A stretch of 64,000 bases of DNA from Malacoraja senta. Taxonomy: Eukaryota. Within the stretch, counting starts at the first letter, position 1. Every line of letters starts with the position of its first letter. The position numbers and the translations under genes were made by a program. The notes below the pieces were generated by a model. That model made no database searches, was not told where the DNA came from, and saw only the letters and a list, made by a program, of their open reading frames with translations. The stretch lies in the NCBI GenBank assembly GCA_038087875.1, contig CM075988.1, positions 14,572,001-14,636,000 of the forward strand. The letters are read 5' to 3'. This document shows, in pieces, positions 58,094 to 64,000 of this stretch.

Positions 58094-59039
58094 AATTCCC
58101 CTTTCAGTAATTTCTAGAAATGATGAATGGTATTCAGTAACACACCGTGACAGATTTAGCCCAAGGCTTAAAAGCATCCAGCAATTGTTTTCGTCACAGT
58201 AGCATTAATAAACATTGTTTCAGTCACTCTTGTTCACTAAAATATATTTTCTAGTGTTTCTTTCCCAGTCAAACTAATTGGGACAAAAAGCGTTTTCAAA
58301 AAGAAATCACCTTTACTCATTGCCTTCTCTAGTTTGCTCTTCATTTATTCAATTCAGCTAGTTGTAAAGATTACCCATGCAGCAGAACTGTTGGTCAATG
58401 GTGAATTAATTCCCGGTTATAAGGTAATATATCATTTGCAGTGAAAGTAAAGCCCAGTAAAGGGTGGCAAATGAGCTGTCAATTTACAATCATCTGTTTT
58501 ATTCCATTATCAGAATTGCTCCCAGCGTTCGATGTAATCACTAGGCAGTCAGCCACTGGCCAAAAATGATTTTCTCAGTCGAAGAGGAAAAAAAGACTCT
58601 AAAGTGATTCTCAGCAAGCAGCAATACTCAAGGAGAAAAGCAAAATGCTGCAGATGCTGGAAATCTAACACAAATGGTATTGGTGCCAGTTAGTGGTGAA
58701 GGTTTGTTAATTACAGCTGACCTCTCCGAATTGAGCTCCATGGAGCTAGGTGAGGTTGAGGGGGGAGCAGGATTTATTTGGAGATGATGATAAGAGGGCA
58801 CAAGTAAGATTCCAGCACTTATAGTTGTGTTCCTGCTTATCACCTTCCAGCCATTCTCCTTCCCCTACTTTTTCACTTGTCACCCTCTAGTTCCCAAATC
58901 CATCCCTTCCCACTTCCTCACTTGGCTCCTTCATCACCCTTCACTCCTTCTTGAATCACCCATGATGTATAAACCTGTCTCCTCCTCCTCTCCTCTTTAT
59001 ACCAGCTAACATCGTACATTCTGTATCATCCCTCTGACC

Positions 59040-59465
59040 CATTGTGTTCAGGAAAGTTTCCTCAGACAATATGTAGAGGGGTCTGCAAGGGAGAGGACAA
59101 AGCATGATCCACCCTTCGGAAATTGGGAAAAGCAAGTGAGTGAAATGTTGATGGACGAGCCTTTTGGGAGCAGTGACCACTGTTCTTTTAGCTTTAAAAT
59201 AGTTATGGATAAAGACAGGGCAGCCACACAAGTTAAATACTGAATTGGCAAGGTGAACTTTGATGATATTAGACAAGAACTTGCTAAAGTTAATTGGAGT
59301 ATATTGGTTGTGGGCAAAGAAACGTCTGGAAAGAGCGCGTGTTTAAAAATTGTGATAACGAAAATTCAGGGTATGCATGTTCCTGTTGGAGTGAACGACA
59401 AGGTATGTGGGAGTAAGGAAACTTGCATGATGAGAAAAACGGAGGCTCTGGTCAGGAAAAAGAAG
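59040..59465 (+). mobile_element. Old CR1 ORF2 fragment (endonuclease C-terminus/linker)
   Basis: CVQESFLRQYVEG..., FGSSDH, NFDDIRQELAKVNW; homologous to 25690-25950. Confidence 0.75.
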
Positions 59466-60384
59466 GCCACATCAGCCCCATCATTAAAGACTTATTTCTG
59501 AAGCACCAACTCTGAATTTTACAGCTGTCTTTAGGGGCCATGCATTTTTAACCAACAGCAGTTTCTGCATTGCACCAGTTCCTGTCTCATTTACCGTGTT
59601 GCTTTTTTGAGTACTTTTGGCTCTTCTTATTACAAAATCCAGCCGAGATTTTCACTCCTGGCCTTTAAAAGCACGATGCCTTTTGTACCGAATATCTTCA
59701 TTTGTTTTTAGCCTCCAATAAATGTCTCCCACTGGTTTAGATGGGAAGATTAATGAAGATTAATGAAAGGTTCAAGACGTCTAGGGTGCGCAAGAAGTTT
59801 CTATTGGCTTCACCTGTGGAAAGAGGGATGATGATTTCATTTTTTAAATGTGTTGAACGCCAATTCTCAACACCAAACACGTATCGACCGATGCATGGTC
59901 ATGATTAACAATTATGTTGTGCAGTTAGACAGGAACTCCCCAATAACAACATGCCAGGGCCTCATAAGAGAACAGAATAATAACAAGAGGTGGTATTGCC
60001 TGATTACCTGCAACTTTCAAGATGCTGCCAGCTATTTCTACAGGCGTTCGATGTACCTGCTTGGCATAGACCCAGTGATAATCAACAGTTCAAGTCTGGA
60101 TTATACAGGCTGCACTAGGATATGACTCTTGAAAGGTTTTTTCAAGAAACTGTGAGGCAAGATGATATTAATATGGCGAGTGTGACTGCAAAGGCCTACT
60201 ATCTCTAAAAGAAGGTAGAGCTCGACAATGATGCCCAATATTGCTGTTTGGCAACTGGTACCCATGTACTTGGTGAGTTTTGTGAAATGTTTTAAAAACA
60301 ATGTTAAAAACTAATGCTGCTTTAATGCTGGAAATCAGTGCAAAGGAGTTAAGAAGCCTTCATCAATCACAATACAGGCATCAG

Positions 60385-60715
60385 AGGCACAGAGTCTCTT
60401 GCCCAAAGTAGGTAAATCGAGGACAAAGGTTTAAGGTGAAGGAGAAAAGATTTAATAGGAATCTGAGAGATACCTTTTTCACGTAAAGGGTAGTTTGTGT
60501 ATGGAACAAGCTGCCAGAGGAGGTAGTTGAGGCAGGGACTATCCCAATGTTTAAGAAACCATTAAACAGGTACATGGATAGGACAGGTTTGGAGGGATAT
60601 GGGCAAAATACGGGCAGGTGGATTTAGTGTAGCTGGAACATGTTGGGAGGTGTGGGCAAGCTGTGCCGAGGGGCCTGTTTGCACACTGTATCACTCCAGG
60701 AGTCTATGATGACTA
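60385..60715 (+). mobile_element. CR1 LINE 3' end
   Basis: ggtttaaggtgaaggagaaaagatttaataggaatctgag...tggaacaagctgccagaggaggtagttgaggcagg...gggcctgtttgcacactgtatc. Confidence 0.85.
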
Positions 60716-61816
60716 TAATTTCCGATTCCCAACCATAAAAAGACCTTCCCATTGGTTTTATTATTCAAAATGTACTATGTTTTGAATTTTGATCTCTCAA
60801 CATTGAATATGGTGGGTATTCCCACTTGGATAGAAACTTAAGGTTGTAATAAGGCTAATGACTGAACACCAGTGAATGGAGATTGATTAACAGAAGATCT
60901 CTCAGGTGCGTTTTGTAACAATTTTAAAACATGTGTAGACCACGTTGAAGTCAGAAAAATTACATTAAAATCTCAGGAACTGAGAAGTAGGAAGCATTAT
61001 TTATGGTCAAGGAATCTGCACACATGCACCTGTTTTGATATATAAACATCAGACAGACGAATATATTCTGACAAATAATAAATGTTACTGAACAAATGTT
61101 GATTTTCGACAATTAGGGAAGCTACAATCACTCTACATCTAAAACTATTTATTTATACCTTTCAAGAAAAACTCCTCTTAATCATCTTCCTAAGCCGATA
61201 AACTCAAAATCCCACCACATATAGCTTGATGATAATCTTTTGGATAATGTACACCAAATCTTTGTGTGATTCCTCCTTCATTCCATTAATCTCAAAAGCA
61301 ACAAATGCTGCAGTCCATTCTTGAATGTGCAATCAACCTCCCTAGATATTTTATGTGGATGAGACAGTAATCGAATTAACATAGTAAATGCAGTTATGTA
61401 TAAACAACTTTGCATAATTTATTATAATGAGTAGAGACAAGCTATTCATCAAATGTTATGCTCATTTGCAACACTTCTCCTAGCTTTACCATTCTCCATC
61501 TCTCCACAACCAAATAATCACTGCCAAACAACTCCACCCAACCCAAGCCAACATCTCTCTCTCATTTCACCAACTAGCCTCTTGTACAAACTTGACTGCC
61601 ATTTGACTGTGCATGTAGGTATGGCAGTGAGAACATATTTATTTGCTTATTAGGTGCGGGGAAAAAATGATACAGTACATATGTTTGGTTTCCTGCAGTT
61701 AGGGAAGCTACATTTATTCTCTACATCCAAAACCATTTATTTACACTTTGTCCACTGACACACCCAACCAGGAGATCTCCCACATTCTACCTGCTAAGTG
61801 TACAGATATGCCACAC

Positions 61817-62250
61817 ATAGAGTCATACAGCACAGAAACAAGCCCTTCGGCCCAACTTGCCCATGCTGATCAAGATGCCCCATCTAAGCTAGTCCCACCT
61901 TCCCATATTAGGCCCATATCCCTCTGAACCGTTTCTATCCGTGTACCCATCCAAATGTCTTTTAAATGTTGTTATAGTATCTGCCTCAACTATTTCCTTT
62001 TGCAGTTCGTTCCATACACCCACTACCCTCTGTGGGAAAAGGTTACCCCTCAGGTGCCTATTAAATCTTTCCCCTCTCACCTTAAACCTATGTCTCCTGC
62101 TTTTTGATTCCCCTGCGCTGGGTAAAAGACTATATGCGTTTATCCTATTTACACTCTAGGTATAAAGTCCTAGCCTGTCCAACCTCTTCCTATTCCTCAG
62201 TCCCTCAAGTCCTGGCAATATCCTCTCTGCTCTCTTTCCAGCTTAACAAC
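61817..62250 (-). mobile_element. CR1 LINE 3' end
   Basis: RGERFNRHLRGNLFPQRVVGVWNELQKEIVEADTITTFKRHLDGY plus the 3'UTR gttgggccgaagggcttgtttc. Confidence 0.85.
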
Positions 62251-62322
62251 TGCCTGTTGCATCCAGGAACCTGTTGCTGTGCTTTGTTTGTGAACTCGGA
62301 TTTCAAGTGATGAAAAAACCCC

Positions 62323-62520
62323 ACACAAAGTGCTGGAGGAACTCTGCGGGTCAGGAAGCATTTGTGGAGGGAACGTTTCAGGTCGGGACCCTTCTCTCTG
62401 AGGAAGAGTCGCAACCTGAGTCGGTCCATTCTCTCCGTAGATTCTGCCTGACCTGCTAAGTTCTTCCCGCACTTTGTGTTTTGTTCAAGATTCCAACATC
62501 TGCAGTTCTTTGTGTTTCCA
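62323..62520. mobile_element. Inverted (palindromic) pair of Penelope-like pLTR fragments
   Basis: cacaaagtgctggaggaactctgcgggtcagg... and ...ctgcctgacctgctaagttcttcccgcactttgtg form an imperfect ~155-bp hairpin. Confidence 0.65.
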
Positions 62521-63274
62521 GGAAGTGATGACAACCTGTTTGACTGTGAAAGGCTTCATAGCAGATTTTAACTTGAGATGCAGTTCCTTGCATTTTCTAA
62601 GAAAGAGGTTAATGGATAGCGACTAGTACTTAATCCATTGGGCACTGAATTTATTAGTACACCTCAGCTATCATTCTTCATGGGCTAACTAGGTGAATGT
62701 TATGGAATATATCTTCCATTGAACAAATCACTGGAACTCATTGCATGAGTTTTACCCATGGAGATAGAATAGGAGACAATGATTAGATGTAACAGAACCA
62801 ACGAATGTGTACCAGACAGCAATTAAATCAGTGAATAAATTCAAAACAATCATATATTTTGACATCTCTTCAGCTCTTCAAAATATAGTCTATTTCCATT
62901 CTGAAAATTATGAGGGATGATTTTCAACTACAATCATGTTTCATTAAAAAAAATTCAAAAAATGCTAGACCTGGAAATATCAGTAATCAAATAGGATCAA
63001 ATAAATGTCCAGAAAGTGCTCAAGTCAGCTACTTGTTTCTTTGCTACAGTTCAGATTAAACATATTCGAGCTGAAAAGGACATTGAGTATTCATTAAATA
63101 GCAAAATATGTCTGGTTAAAGATCACATCTTCATTATATGACTAGTGTCTGAGAAGATAGTTTCAGTTTGTTGATGTGGCCGTGGAGCCAACTGTAGGCC
63201 TACTCCTGCACCTATTGTCTATTGTTAGAATGGGTAATGCAGGCAGGAACCCATTTCCAGGTTACAAGTGTTTA

Positions 63275-63965
63275 AGAGGGAACTGCACATGCTGGAAAAT
63301 CGAAGGTAGACAAAAGTGTTGGAGAAACTCAGCGGGTGCAGCAGCTTCTTCAGAAGTACCTGGAGCAAAACCTGGAGCAAAACACAATGTGCTGGAGGAA
63401 CCTAACAGGTCAGGCAGCATCTTCGAAGGGAATGACAGAAGAGATTTTGAGTTGGGGCCCTTCTTCAGACTGACTGCAATCGGGAGGAAGAAGCTGGAAG
63501 AGAGAGGTGGGGGTGAAACAAAGCCAGGTAAGTGATAGGGGAAGGTACACAAAAATGCTGGAGAAACTCAGCGGGTGCAGCAGCATCTACTGAGCGAAGG
63601 AAATAGGCAACGTTTCGGGCCGAAACCCTTCTTCAGACTCCATAAGTGATAGGGGAACACTGGTGAGGGTGATTTGATAGCAGACTGGTGAATTAAGTGA
63701 TACAGGCTAGAGTAAAATGGAAACCAAAGGGTGTCGGATAAGGAGAGGTGAAATGTAAAGCAGCAGGAGGGACGTGGACGGGTAGACAAGGGGAAAGGAA
63801 TGCGGGGATGAGAGGGAAATCTGCCCCAAATGAATCCTTTTTTTTTTTTTTTTTTTCCTTCTCCCCCCTTTCCTCCCCCAAATGAATCCTGACCCGATAT
63901 TGCCTAATCCACTGAGTTCCTCCAGCACTTTGTGTTTTGCTCGAGATTCCAGCATCTGCAGTTTC
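63275..63965. mobile_element. Cluster of Penelope-like pLTR fragments (three on -, one on +)
   Basis: Repeated aaaatgctggagaaactcagcgggtgcagcagcatc body at ~63290, 63385 and 63550; inverted body at 63890-63965. Confidence 0.65.
63609..63636 (-). ncRNA. Minimal hammerhead ribozyme core (predicted)
   Basis: Reverse complement CTGAAGA-A-GGGT(TTCG)GCCC-GAAA-CG-TT: intact core, stem II with a UUCG loop, palindromic AACGTT stem III and a GUU triplet. Confidence 0.5.
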
Positions 63966-64000
63966 TCAAACCTACAAATACCTGGATGCAAACTTGAAGC

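Noticed and set aside
60212..60272. Possible micro-exon KVELDNDAQYCCLATGTHVL ending at a GTGAGT donor (vaguely Ig-like)
   Set aside because: Weak acceptor, in-frame stop immediately upstream, imperfect motif and no partner exons; likely chance.

Overview
Eukaryotic vertebrate DNA, most likely an elasmobranch such as a skate or ray. This is inferred from V-SINE/HE1-type SINEs that share a 3' tail with CR1 (HER1-like) LINEs, plus a Deu-domain SINE. I found no convincing host protein-coding exon, rRNA, tRNA gene or CRISPR array, so the window reads as intronic or intergenic and transposon-rich. Main contents: (1) a young 5'-truncated CR1 LINE with an almost intact ORF2 (25279-28124) and a near-identical inverted partial copy (38070-39629); (2) many older CR1, Rex1/Babar, RTE and SINE fragments, including a three-level nested insertion at 16.9-19.2 kb; (3) two PIF/Harbinger-type non-autonomous DNA transposons sharing the terminus AGGGCCTGTCCCACT, one containing a ~6.4-kb (GT)n tract; (4) a non-autonomous Helitron (42346-43567); (5) a dispersed repeat family of roughly 15-20 copies, several carrying a minimal type-I hammerhead-ribozyme core (CTGAAGA-A-stemII-GAAACGTY) with structure-preserving stem II variation, as expected for Penelope-like element pseudo-LTRs. 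Several repeat-free, TAAT-rich blocks may be conserved non-coding elements, but this cannot be shown without alignments. Family names come from motif recognition, not database searches, and boundaries of degraded elements are approximate.
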